64,000 nucleotides of DNA from a virus (IMGVR_UViG_3300036861_000733:5401-69400), one strand, 5' to 3'; positions 26,515 through 36,024 are shown, numbered from the stretch's first letter. Made by a program: numbers and translations. Notes: generated from the letters alone by a model not told the origin.

Positions 26515-27882
26515 CTAATCTTTGTATGGATCAACTTCATCTGCACCAGCCATCACGACGACAAGCGGTCGCAGCACGTGCTCAATGCGGATTGTATCAC
26601 CCTGCGCCTCCAGAACATCAGGCAGCCGGCGGTAGACGTGCGGCGACTCGTCCAATCCGCCGCCACGTAGGATGACACCGCGCTCGGCGATCCAGGCCGC
26701 CATCATTTCCGGCGAGACACGGCCGGCGCGCACTTGCTCACGCATCTCACTGCGATGCATTTTGCTTCCACACTTCGGGCACTTCGGATTGGCACCGTCT
26801 GGTCCGAGCGGCGTCTGAATCGGCAGCGTCTCGCGCGTCTCACGGCAGTCGCGTTGACCGCAGCTCCAGACCTTACGCCGCTTGATCTTGCCTGTTGCCT
26901 CGGTGCGGCTCATGACTCGGCCGGCACCGTGGACTGTTGAGAACAGCGCAGAACGTTGAAGCGCGTCGACCTGCCCGGCATTGTCGTCATGATAATTCCT
27001 CGGATCGGTGCCAGACAGAATTACCGAATCGTCGCCCATGCTACCGCCGACAAACCCACGCTGACCTGGGAACGCTGGCGTTGCTCCCTTGCGCACGACG
27101 TAGTAGTCCTGGCCCTCGTGCGTTTCAAGCCAGGCAAAGTTGTGGTGGTTATGAATCAGGTCTACTTCGAGACCGCCCATCAACTCCACGACCTTGCGAG
27201 TCACCCACTCGCGGCCAACATACGCATACCGACCGGCAAGCGTCATCAGAGTCCAGTAGTCGTAACCGAGCGGCTGTCCGATGTCAAGCAGCACCTCTTT
27301 CTCCGGCACGCGCGTGCCCCACTGCTCGCCCTGGCTCAGCGCAAGGAAGCCTGACGCAATCGTGTGCCCGAGTCCGCGCGATCCGAAGTGAACCCCAACC
27401 CACAGGCGCCCAGCCTCATCGCTCAAGACGTCTACGTAGTGATTGCCGCTGCCGACCGTGCCGAGCTGTGAACGCGCCTTGTCACATAACGGCTCGCGCA
27501 CATTCCCAGCGAGTGCAGACCATTCCGGACCGTCAAAAAGCGGATCGTCTACTGGCGCGTCGTCACTTCGATTCTTCCGACCGATTCCGAAAGATATCTG
27601 CGCGTGGATCGTATCGGCGAGTTCTTCCAGCCGTGCGCGGTCGAAGTTGGCAGCACGTAGATCGGTGCGGATCGCACAGTTGCCGCACGCGATGTCGAAG
27701 CCGACGCCGACCACCGAAACCTTGTCACGGTAGGCAGCGACGCCGCCGATGGGCATTATGTAGCCAAGGTGCCCGTCCGCCATCAATGCAGCGCGCCCGG
27801 CCCGACTTGCCACGTCGGCGAATTGTGCTAGTGTGTTCGCGTCGTGAGTTCCGAAGACCGCCGGTTCCGTACGTGACTCCAT
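26515..27882 (-). CDS. rtcB: RtcB-family RNA ligase
   Basis: GSGNHYVDV, HNHHNFAW and CGNCAIRTD motifs; C-terminal CxxC zinc-ribbon extension; GGAGG Shine-Dalgarno. Confidence 0.85.
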   Translation of the reverse strand: MESRTEPAVFGTHDANTLAQFADVASRAGRAALMADGHLGYIMPIGGVAAYRDKVSVVGVGFDIACGNCAIRTDLRAANFDRARLEELADTIHAQISFGIGRKNRSDDAPVDDPLFDGPEWSALAGNVREPLCDKARSQLGTVGSGNHYVDVLSDEAGRLWVGVHFGSRGLGHTIASGFLALSQGEQWGTRVPEKEVLLDIGQPLGYDYWTLMTLAGRYAYVGREWVTRKVVELMGGLEVDLIHNHHNFAWLETHEGQDYYVVRKGATPAFPGQRGFVGGSMGDDSVILSGTDPRNYHDDNAGQVDALQRSALFSTVHGAGRVMSRTEATGKIKRRKVWSCGQRDCRETRETLPIQTPLGPDGANPKCPKCGSKMHRSEMREQVRAGRVSPEMMAAWIAERGVILRGGGLDESPHVYRRLPDVLEAQGDTIRIEHVLRPLVVVMAGADEVDPYKD

Positions 27883-27899
27883 ATACGCACCTCCGAGGA

Positions 27900-28013
27900 T
27901 GGAGTCTATAGCCGTTCTGCTGTCGTGTCAAGCCCCTGTGCAGGTTAGGAGGTTGCCTGGTTAGGCAGTTAGACCTCTTGACAGCCTGCAAGCAGCCATG
28001 TTATCCTGTGAGC
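27900..28013. promoter_or_regulatory. Divergent promoter or switch region holding two copies of the conserved element
   Basis: Minus strand: CACAGGGGCTTGACA, 17 nt, TAGACT, driving rtcB. Plus strand: TTGACA at 27978-27983, 17 nt, TTATCC at 28001-28006, and the ATG 8 nt later. Confidence 0.55.
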
Positions 28014-28457
28014 ATGCCACAAAAACAGCCCAACCCTGACCCGACCGGCCCTCGCCCCGCTCCGCCGCCCGGACCATCTTCGATTCACAGCTCGGCTCGC
28101 CGGAAGGCGCTGAGAGGGGCAGCCCTCGATGCCACCGTTCGCTCCGTCAGCCTCACCTTCTCCTCCGTTGCCGCCGCGGCCGACTTCTACAAGGCCATCG
28201 GTGGTCCCACGCTCCTCGCCGCCCTTCTCCAGCTCTACAGAGGCGGAGCCATGTCGAATGGGGAGCTGACCAAGGCGGTCGCCATGCTCGGCGCGCCGGT
28301 CAGCGTGTCGGCCGTCAGCCAGGCGTTGAACAGGGCGAGGATCATGGGGGTTGTCAGCAGAAGGATCGAAGCGCAGCGACGGGTGTACAGTTTGACGCCG
28401 GTGTGGAAAGAGGTTGTGGCGGAGATCGCGGCGCGAGTGGAAATGTTGCATGAATAA
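28014..28457 (+). CDS. Winged-helix (MarR-like) transcriptional regulator, apparently translated from a leaderless mRNA
   Basis: Start trimmed to the Met at 28014; wHTH-like region ELTKAVAMLGAPVSVSAVSQALNRARIMGVVSR; no Shine-Dalgarno. Confidence 0.5.
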   Translation: MPQKQPNPDPTGPRPAPPPGPSSIHSSARRKALRGAALDATVRSVSLTFSSVAAAADFYKAIGGPTLLAALLQLYRGGAMSNGELTKAVAMLGAPVSVSAVSQALNRARIMGVVSRRIEAQRRVYSLTPVWKEVVAEIAARVEMLHE

Positions 28458-28769
28458 ATCAGACACACTTTCGCTGGCTTCCCGTCGGATATCCAAGATT
28501 CTTGCTGATCTTGGGCTGATCGAAGCCGGCGAACGTGTTATCATTAAGAGGCTCCGCCCGGTTGGTGGCAACGTGCACTAGGGGCGTGGTCGTGGGAAGC
28601 GGTGCGTGAAGTAGATGGGTGGACGGTCTGTGGTTCGCAGTTCTCGGCACGCGAAATCATCGGCGCTCAGTATGTTGGCGTCTACGTCGATCCGGCTGGT
28701 GACGTCAATCTATTCCCGGAAACCAAGAGGCCATCGGAATGCTGACCGATCTTTGGACTTCGATGGCGT

Positions 28770-31586
28770 CTATTTTAGTTCTCCCCACCGCCGCGCCTTC
28801 TTCGCCTCCGCCTCGATCGGCACCCGCGCCTTAACTCCATGATGTTTTGTCAATCCTTCAATCACCAACCGATCAAGCGACTTGACCACCTTCTTCTTGT
28901 CTGGGCATGTGAAGATCACCTCATCGTGAATTTGCAACCTCCACCGCACGTCAGTTCCGTTTGTCTGCCTCATTTTCCAGATCCTTGGTCGCAGCCAGAT
29001 CATCGACCGCTGGATCATGGATTGGGCACCGCCCTGGATGATGTGAGAGACAGCCATTCTCCCCGCTTCCTCGGCTAGCTTCCTGTCCTCGCTCCACGCG
29101 CCTGGTAATGATCGTGGCATTCCAAGCCAGTCGCGTACCTCGCCTGTGCGACGCACCTCGGCCGTGACATCATCAATGTAGCGTTTGACGCCAGGGTAGA
29201 GACGAAAATAGTCCCGAATCAGTCCACCACAACCATCTAGTGACCAATGAGTCAGTCCTTGCTTCCACAATTGGCCTTGCAATCCTAGAGCCTGAAGACC
29301 GTAAAGAATGCCGAAGTTGGTCGTCTTGGCAGGCAACCTGTACTTTTTATGATTGGCAATCACCTCATCAAGACTGACGCCAAAGATAGCCGATGCGGTC
29401 TCGTCGTGAACGTCACGGCCATCGAGGAATAGTTTACACAAGGTTTTGTCGCGCGACTCATGTGCCATGACACGCATTTCGATCTGGGATAAATCATAAG
29501 CAGCGAACGTATAGCCATCTGGACATACGTAGCAGTTGCGGATCATGTCTCCGAATTTGCTGTGTTTGGTGATGGCCAAGAGATTAGGATTCTTGGAGGC
29601 CAAACGTCTGGTCGTAGTGCGGGTGTAGAGAAGGTCGCATCGTACGTCTCTAATATCGTTACCGTTATCTGTCTGCGTTTGTTCGTCCTCTGCCGTCTCT
29701 AGAATTCGATTGCAAAATGCATCCTTCGTATGCTCGTGCTCTCTCCACGTAAACAGCATTTCGATCGCCGGATCAACATAGCGAAGATGCTCGATCGACT
29801 TTTCGCTTGTCGAGATGTCTCCTGTTTCTGTCCTCTCGCGCGCCTGCATTGCCAACCCACGTCGTCGAACAAGCGCGCTGGCATGTTGAGGGGATTTTGG
29901 GTTGAATGGGCGATCGCTGTAGTACGTATGGGAGAGATTGGCCCCGATCTCCCACATGCGATCTTGCATCTCGTCAGCGAGAGATTGAAAGGCTGACCTG
30001 GACGCTGGCATGCCGTTCGATTGCATCTCCTCGAAGACGGGCGCGACGAGCATACCATCTGTCATGACGGGCTTGAGGTGGTCGAGGCGTTCGAGTTCCG
30101 ACTTGTGGCGCAGGCTGAGACGGAAGGGGGCATCGGCATCTCGGGCAGCATAGTGGATTGCTGCCTTGAAGTCCTTTTCTGCCAACATGCGAATTGATGG
30201 CATCGGAAACGGCTGTTCAAGATCCGTCTCGACCAACCGCCGCATATCACGGTCGATGTCTTTCCACCGTTTTTCGATGTCAACCGGCTCGCCATCCTTG
30301 TTGCGCTTGTCGGCCGCAACATCGCGCAAGATCCCCTCGACGCGGTTGCCGACAGACTGTGATCTTTTCAAACTGACCACACCCGCATTATCAATCTCAA
30401 CCCGCTGCTCTGGTTTTGGATAAACGCCTTTCATTGCTCGTGCCAACACATCCGTCAGGTAGTCGATCTGCGCATCCCGTGCGACGCTGCCAATTGTTTC
30501 GTCGTAGGATGTCATTCGCATTCCGCACCAGCGCCACGCCAACGGCTTCAACCCTTGCTTGGACCGGCGTTTGCCTTTGACGTCGCTTGGTTCGACGCGG
30601 AGGAGATATGCAGAATACATCGTATCGAATAGGCGAATACCTGGAATAGAAAGATCCAATCCCATTGCACGACAAACTTCCAGGTCGTGCAGAAGACTGT
30701 GGACAATGAACTCGATACCATCCAGGGCCAACGACTGGAGGTAGTCGATAGCCAACTTGAAGTCCGACTGTTCTGCACGAAGGACGAACGCCTGGCCCGG
30801 CTTGACGCAGACCTGGATCGAGTAGGGGTCGTCGGCCGAGCCCTCGGTGTCGATAGCGATAGAGCCGAACTTGGCAGTCTTTAGGATGGCAATGAGTTCG
30901 GTGCCAGTGACATCACGATAGTCTTCGGCACCCTCGAACTCGTCGTGGCGAAAGTCGAGCTGCTGGCCGGACTTGATAGTGGCGATGGCTTCAGCAACCC
31001 GGCCGTAATCCCAATCAATCGTCGCACGGATGTTGTTATCGTAAAAGCCTGCGGCCGGGTGGTAGATCGGGAGTACCGCGCAACCATCCGGAGTTCGGTT
31101 TGTTAGTGTCGAGTCGAATGCACCAGAATGATGAACAAGCCCGTGGCACGTTTCTAGAGTCGCCTCGTTGCCTAAGAACCACCGCATCGCGTGAGCGCCG
31201 ACGGCGACGATGAGTTTGGGATTGACCTCGGCGATCTCGGCAATTAACGAGGGCGTCCAGCGAGTGATTTGGTCTGGCGTTGGGTCCGGGTTGCCTGGCG
31301 TGAACTGTTTGCAGACGTTGGTTAGATACCAGAGGCGGGTCGAGAGTGGACGGAACCTGTTGCATCCACAGGTGCACGTCTTTGACCGCCCATCGCGGCT
31401 CTCGTGCACAGAACGGCTGTGAGAGCAGGTTGCACAGTAACGCGCAAGGTAGGCGTCTTGTTCACGGCCGGCGCGACCAACAAATGGACGGGGAGGTTTG
31501 GCCGCGGCCTCTTCACGACCAGGGGCCTCGCCGCAGAAGAGGACGGAGTTAGGTTTTCTACCGTAACCTGGGACGATGATCGGCAC
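28770..31586 (-). CDS. Family-A DNA polymerase with a 3'-5' exonuclease domain and an N-terminal family-4 UDG-like domain
   Basis: UDG4 motifs GEAPGREE, PFVGRAG and HPAA plus a 4-Cys cluster; ExoI AIDTEGS; Pol motif A DLSQIEMRVMAHES, motif B KTTNFGILYG and motif C QIHDEV. Confidence 0.85.
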   Translation of the reverse strand: MPIIVPGYGRKPNSVLFCGEAPGREEAAAKPPRPFVGRAGREQDAYLARYCATCSHSRSVHESRDGRSKTCTCGCNRFRPLSTRLWYLTNVCKQFTPGNPDPTPDQITRWTPSLIAEIAEVNPKLIVAVGAHAMRWFLGNEATLETCHGLVHHSGAFDSTLTNRTPDGCAVLPIYHPAAGFYDNNIRATIDWDYGRVAEAIATIKSGQQLDFRHDEFEGAEDYRDVTGTELIAILKTAKFGSIAIDTEGSADDPYSIQVCVKPGQAFVLRAEQSDFKLAIDYLQSLALDGIEFIVHSLLHDLEVCRAMGLDLSIPGIRLFDTMYSAYLLRVEPSDVKGKRRSKQGLKPLAWRWCGMRMTSYDETIGSVARDAQIDYLTDVLARAMKGVYPKPEQRVEIDNAGVVSLKRSQSVGNRVEGILRDVAADKRNKDGEPVDIEKRWKDIDRDMRRLVETDLEQPFPMPSIRMLAEKDFKAAIHYAARDADAPFRLSLRHKSELERLDHLKPVMTDGMLVAPVFEEMQSNGMPASRSAFQSLADEMQDRMWEIGANLSHTYYSDRPFNPKSPQHASALVRRRGLAMQARERTETGDISTSEKSIEHLRYVDPAIEMLFTWREHEHTKDAFCNRILETAEDEQTQTDNGNDIRDVRCDLLYTRTTTRRLASKNPNLLAITKHSKFGDMIRNCYVCPDGYTFAAYDLSQIEMRVMAHESRDKTLCKLFLDGRDVHDETASAIFGVSLDEVIANHKKYRLPAKTTNFGILYGLQALGLQGQLWKQGLTHWSLDGCGGLIRDYFRLYPGVKRYIDDVTAEVRRTGEVRDWLGMPRSLPGAWSEDRKLAEEAGRMAVSHIIQGGAQSMIQRSMIWLRPRIWKMRQTNGTDVRWRLQIHDEVIFTCPDKKKVVKSLDRLVIEGLTKHHGVKARVPIEAEAKKARRWGELK

Positions 31587-31617
31587 AGAATCAGAGAAAT
31601 CAGGGTTAGATTAGCTT

Positions 31618-31809
31618 TTAGAGCTTGCCGGTTCGATTTTGCCATAGGTGAACGGAGAGGCCAATGATGGCAATGAACAATGTCAGGACGATCAGGCCGT
31701 AGACAAAGATGGCGGTGGGAGTCATCGCCTGTCCTTCGCGCATTCCGAGCAGGACTGAGTCAACCGTTTCGGTCGCTGCGCCGATATGATCCAGACCTCG
31801 TGTCCACAC
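31618..31809 (-). CDS. Small membrane protein
   Basis: Transmembrane segment IFVYGLIVLTLFIAIIGLSV. Confidence 0.35.
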   Translation of the reverse strand: MWTRGLDHIGAATETVDSVLLGMREGQAMTPTAIFVYGLIVLTLFIAIIGLSVHLWQNRTGKL

Positions 31810-31816
31810 TCAAGCT

Positions 31817-32932
31817 CTAGACGGCCCCGGCCCCGGCCCCGGCGCGGAGTTGGCGTAGCTCGGCTAAAAGGCGGCGGAGGGTGGTGGGTGCCCCTTCTCC
31901 ACCTCGCAACTCGTCGCGCAAAAGGCCGTAGATTTGGGTCAAATGATCGTTGCCAAACTCGTCTCTTTCCGGCCCCTCCGCGTGCCCAGCGAGAGCGGCG
32001 TGGGCGGCCTTCAGTGCCGGTGCGACATCATTCCAATCAACCGCTGGTCGACGCCGTTCAACCGCCGAGACAAGAAGGCCAAGCGCCTTCGCGCATGCCC
32101 CCTCGCTCGCCGGCTGGACTGCGCGGGCCGTGGCCTCGGCCATTCGGCAGTACATCTCGCGAGAGCTTTCGGCCAGCTCATCCCACGGTGACGGCCGGCT
32201 GCTCCAGACGCCAGCGGCGCGTGCGATTTGCGCCAGCGCTTCCCTGTCCATCGTCGGCGCAGGCGGCTCCGGCGCTACGATGACGGATTCGAGGCGGTCG
32301 GCAATCTTGTTGATGCTCTCGGCGGCATCCTCGTGACTGACGTAGGGACCATCATAGAGGCGCTTCCGAAGAATCCACAGATCCCGAACGACGTCCTTCA
32401 CGGTCTCGCTCTGCGGCTCCGGCCGGTACCTGTCGATCGCAGCGATGGCCGAGGCAATCTGACACTGAGGTTCATGTCCGTGTTCTGGTAAGCGCCCACA
32501 CCACGGGCAACCCCCGAACCTGCCGTCCCACTGGTTCTCTATCAGCGCATTGCAGGCTTGAGCTAGCACTTCCGGTAGCGACGAACGAGGAATCGCCAGC
32601 GGCCGACTCTCTGACACATTGCCGAGTGGCACACCGTCGAGTGGATGGCCGGGCGGCGCGAAGACGACGGCCTCCTCCTCCTCGGCATCGGTTGGCACAG
32701 ACGACGTTAGTGACGGTGACGATAACGATAATGGATGATCCTTTGCACCCGGCCGCATTTCGATTTCGAGTGCCACGATTCTCTCAACAAGTGGTTGGAC
32801 GGCCTCCATAATCACGGCTACGATATCGAGCACTTCTCGTGGGTTTCGGCTGGATACCGCACGTTGGACGTTGCCACGAATGAATCCGGCGAGTACAGTG
32901 GCACGCAACTGCTCAGTAGTTAAGTTAGGCAT
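31817..32932 (-). CDS. Hypothetical protein of 371 aa with a CPWCG...C motif
   Basis: Long ORF upstream of the polymerase gene in the replication module. Confidence 0.5.
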   Translation of the reverse strand: MPNLTTEQLRATVLAGFIRGNVQRAVSSRNPREVLDIVAVIMEAVQPLVERIVALEIEMRPGAKDHPLSLSSPSLTSSVPTDAEEEEAVVFAPPGHPLDGVPLGNVSESRPLAIPRSSLPEVLAQACNALIENQWDGRFGGCPWCGRLPEHGHEPQCQIASAIAAIDRYRPEPQSETVKDVVRDLWILRKRLYDGPYVSHEDAAESINKIADRLESVIVAPEPPAPTMDREALAQIARAAGVWSSRPSPWDELAESSREMYCRMAEATARAVQPASEGACAKALGLLVSAVERRRPAVDWNDVAPALKAAHAALAGHAEGPERDEFGNDHLTQIYGLLRDELRGGEGAPTTLRRLLAELRQLRAGAGAGAV

Positions 32933-33261
32933 TTTGGCTCATCCTCCAGAATCGTAATCTTCCAGCCGAGGTCCGCGAGTAGGCGAAGGCAGATTTGGAT
33001 GTCGCCGTCATCGAAGGCGCCAATTGCGCTCCAAGCATCCGCGCCGAGTTCAAGATTTCCACCTGCTATCTCGTCAAACAGCGACCGCGCCTCGTCTGGC
33101 GGCGAACAGAATCGAGAAAAGACGAACCTGGACATGCCATCATCATCCCAGACGCAGTCAGTTGCATGGAGAATGTGCGCTACCGGGCACATCGCCCCGT
33201 TCTCGTCGGGATCGAACTTGCCGATCGCCAGCTCGCTTCGAGGAATTGTCAGCTCGGGCAC
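32920..33261 (-). CDS. Hypothetical protein
   Basis: ORF packed with its neighbours. Confidence 0.4.
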   Translation of the reverse strand: MPELTIPRSELAIGKFDPDENGAMCPVAHILHATDCVWDDDGMSRFVFSRFCSPPDEARSLFDEIAGGNLELGADAWSAIGAFDDGDIQICLRLLADLGWKITILEDEPKCLT

Positions 33262-33557
33262 GGTTGCACACCTCGCCGCTTCAGCTCTCCGGTCAGAAGT
33301 TCGAGATACGGAGATTCAGGAAACCCTTGCCGTGCCGTTCGTTGCATCATCCGAACCGCGTTCTGAAGATGCACGTCAGTCATAACGGTAACGTGGATTC
33401 GGTTGCCATCGCGGTCACGCCAGAAACCCTCGCGCAAGTCCTGATCGAGTTCGTCCGCAGCGGCCTGTAGAGCGTCGCGCTCACCTTGTTCTTCGGCGTC
33501 CCACTCGGCGTAGTAGTCTGCCATTTCGCCCATCGGTTCCTTGCCTCCGTTCAACAA
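33249..33557 (-). CDS. Hypothetical acidic protein
   Basis: ORF packed with its neighbours. Confidence 0.4.
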   Translation of the reverse strand: MLNGGKEPMGEMADYYAEWDAEEQGERDALQAAADELDQDLREGFWRDRDGNRIHVTVMTDVHLQNAVRMMQRTARQGFPESPYLELLTGELKRRGVQPCPS

Positions 33558-33931
33558 CTCAAAGAGTGGGTCCCCTGGTGGCCAGTTATTCCCCGGCTTG
33601 GGCCACTCCGCGCTACCTCTTTCGAGGCGTTGCCTGCGTTAGCTCTTTACGCGCAAATGCCGGGCTAGATGTCCGCTGCACAGGGACCCGTTGCGGACCC
33701 ACGCTTTCAGTTGTTGAAGTGTCAATGAACATAACAGATCGGAAGGGTTGCCTCAGAATCACCCGCTGAGGCGCCGGGAGCGGGACGGTCGGATAGGCAG
33801 ACTGAAGCCGCGACCGCCCCCCACCGCCAGTCGTGGTAGCACAACACCGAGCCACGACCCTCGGACCTTCTTCAAACCATCCAGTGCTCGACTGTCCTGC
33901 TGTGACCTATCCTGTGATCGTCGGCCGCTGG

Positions 33932-34378
33932 TCAGTCGCCGATCCCTTCCAGCAGATCGGCAGCGCTCACCTGGTAGCCGCCACCGCCCGTCCGGCCCAG
34001 GGCCAGCTTGTGGCCGAGCTTCTTGACGAGCTTGCTGTACTCGCCGGCCTCCGTCAGTTTGCGCCGGAGCAGGCGGACGTGGACCGCCACCCGGCCGGCC
34101 GTCACGAGACCCTCCGTTGCTGCCGACGTGAATGCCGGATCGTCGGTCAGGATCTCGGCCACGCGCTCGGCAACCGGGAGCGCGCCTTCCTCCTCATCCG
34201 TCGCCGATGCGTTGAACTCGTCGTGGATCGCGGCGACCAACGCCTGGTTCCGCGCCTTGTTCCACCGGAGCTGGACGCGGCCGTCCTCGGTGCCCTCGGC
34301 CGCGCCGCCCTCCGTGCTCTCGACCTCGGCCGCCTTCGGTGCCTTCGCCGCTCTTGCTGCTCGTCGCTTCGCTGCCAT
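33932..34378 (-). CDS. Protein with a basic Ala/Lys/Arg-rich N-terminus, possibly DNA-binding
   Basis: Start trimmed to the Met with an AAGGAG Shine-Dalgarno 8 nt upstream; N-terminal MAAKRRAARAAKAPKAAE. Confidence 0.45.
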   Translation of the reverse strand: MAAKRRAARAAKAPKAAEVESTEGGAAEGTEDGRVQLRWNKARNQALVAAIHDEFNASATDEEEGALPVAERVAEILTDDPAFTSAATEGLVTAGRVAVHVRLLRRKLTEAGEYSKLVKKLGHKLALGRTGGGGYQVSAADLLEGIGD

Positions 34379-34463
34379 GATCGTTGTCTCCTTGCCTCTC
34401 GGCTCTCTCCGCCGGTCTGGTCGCCGCCGGTCTGGCGGGATAGCCGGGGAATCAGTGGAGAGG

Positions 34464-34499
34464 ATCATAGGCACAAACGGCGGCGTCTGTCAAGCCCCC
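34464..34499 (-). promoter_or_regulatory. Promoter, copy of the conserved element
   Basis: GGGGGCTTGACA-GACGCC, an 18-nt spacer, then TATGAT. Confidence 0.55.
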
Positions 34500-34519
34500 A
34501 GACGAAGATTCCTTAGCCG

Positions 34520-35536
34520 CTACCTCGTTACGGCCTCGACGATCGCCTTCGCCACGACCTTTCCCACCTTCGCCACTCTCCCCTTGGCGCTCGTCACCGT
34601 CACCGCGGCCCACTCGTCTATCGTCGCGTTGGCCATCGTGCGGATCGACCCGATCTGCTCGGCGGCGGCAACGGCGCGCTCGTATCCAAGCCCCGGCCAC
34701 TCCTTGGCGGTGCAGGCACGATGGTAGATGACGTCGTCGGTATCACCACTACCGCTCTTGCCTCCACCCCTGATTGCGCCCTTGCCGTCGTCCTGTCCGC
34801 TGTCCCGTCCGTCTGGCCCACCGAAGACGTTGGCTGGCGCCACCTCTCTCGACCGATCAAACACCCGCATCGACTTGTGCGCCGACCAGGGCTTCTGCCA
34901 GCATGGATAGAGGATGCGCCCGATCCACGCCGCCGCCTCGGCCATGTCGAGAACGCGGTGGGCGCGAACTCCAAGCGATCCGAGCAAGGTGAAGGACGGC
35001 GAGGCGAGGAACCCATCGGCGTACGAAAACATCACGGTTCGATTGCCGACCGTGTAGTCATCCCAAATCGCAGCGCCGTATTTCCGACCTTGTGTGTTTT
35101 TGCGGCGGCGGTGGATTTGCAGAGCGCCGTTCTTCGGATTGCAACGGTAATTGCCGTAGTAAAGCAACCATCTAACATCGTAGGCGGCGGACAGCTCTTT
35201 AAGCTGCGTGGCTTGGAGCCGGCCACTTATTAGTGACCCGATGACGTCGAAGATGGACTTGACTTCGACGCCGACCGTGATTGGACCGTCGGGTCCGTTG
35301 CCGGTGAATGCGACGTCGCCAGAATCGAGTTGGCAGAGGGTGGATAGCGGCTCGTGGAACTTGATGCCGGTTTGACAATCCCAGGACGGAACCTTGCCAC
35401 GGGAGTGTTTGGTCAGAGTGAATTGGCCACCGCACGTTAGGCAAAGGTTAAGTGGCGGATAACAAACGAGAGGTGGGTTGAGACGGAGGTTACGTGAGTT
35501 GCCAGAGCCGAGGCGGGAATCGACGAGAATGGACAC
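34520..35536 (-). CDS. ERCC4 (XPF/Mus81)-like nuclease with a C-terminal helix-hairpin-helix region
   Basis: GDVAF...GVEVKSIFDVIGS resembles the ERCC4 GDx(n)ERKxxxD motif; the C-terminus has a GLGYERAVAA...KVGKVVAKAIVEAV HhH-like pair. Confidence 0.45.
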   Translation of the reverse strand: MSILVDSRLGSGNSRNLRLNPPLVCYPPLNLCLTCGGQFTLTKHSRGKVPSWDCQTGIKFHEPLSTLCQLDSGDVAFTGNGPDGPITVGVEVKSIFDVIGSLISGRLQATQLKELSAAYDVRWLLYYGNYRCNPKNGALQIHRRRKNTQGRKYGAAIWDDYTVGNRTVMFSYADGFLASPSFTLLGSLGVRAHRVLDMAEAAAWIGRILYPCWQKPWSAHKSMRVFDRSREVAPANVFGGPDGRDSGQDDGKGAIRGGGKSGSGDTDDVIYHRACTAKEWPGLGYERAVAAAEQIGSIRTMANATIDEWAAVTVTSAKGRVAKVGKVVAKAIVEAVTR

Positions 35537-35554
35537 GACCGGATGATCCAGTTT

Positions 35555-35755
35555 TTACGGCCGTAGCAGCCGTCCGATTCCATCACATCTTGGGCACTCG
35601 GTCTCCTCCTCGATCGTTTGGTCACCAGCCTGTCCCATCTCCTCGATCACGGTGCCTATCCCTGCGCACTCGGCACACTCGAAGCAGGTACAGTCCAGCT
35701 CGGTCGAGCCAGGACGATGACATTTGCAAGCAGGATGGTGGTTAAGGGCCGTCAT
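35555..35755 (-). CDS. Small zinc-ribbon protein
   Basis: CKC...CTCFECAEC...CPRC. Confidence 0.4.
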   Translation of the reverse strand: MTALNHHPACKCHRPGSTELDCTCFECAECAGIGTVIEEMGQAGDQTIEEETECPRCDGIGRLLRP

Positions 35756-36024
35756 CGTACGATTCCTATGTATTCGGCACGAAACAGCTTGCCTCCACGG
35801 ATTGCGTTCTGGATCGTCTCCAGCCTCATCGAAAGCACAAACGCGCCATGCATGAACTTGTCGATGTAGTAGAAGTGACCTCCGTTGTTGATGTGCTGTT
35901 CGACCTCGGCCAGCGACAGGAGGGGTTCCGCGCGGCGGTACTTACGTCTAACGCGGTGCGGCTTCAAGACTGACTCGGCAATCTCGTCGATCAGGTTGTC
36001 GACCGTACTAGCGTTCATATTCAT
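35752..36024 (-). CDS. Hypothetical protein, with its start trimmed to the ATGA overlap with the upstream gene
   Basis: ATGA overlap at 36021-36024. Confidence 0.35.
   Translation of the reverse strand: MNMNASTVDNLIDEIAESVLKPHRVRRKYRRAEPLLSLAEVEQHINNGGHFYYIDKFMHGAFVLSMRLETIQNAIRGGKLFRAEYIGIVR

Noticed and set aside
26937-27911. 324-aa plus-strand ORF opposite rtcB, and the similar long antisense ORFs 3707..4342, 25898..26368, 56382..58109 and 50198..51073
   Set aside because: Their translations are extremely Arg-rich and repetitive. They lie antisense to strongly supported genes (rtcB, the repeat protein and the tail genes), which is the classic high-GC antisense artefact.
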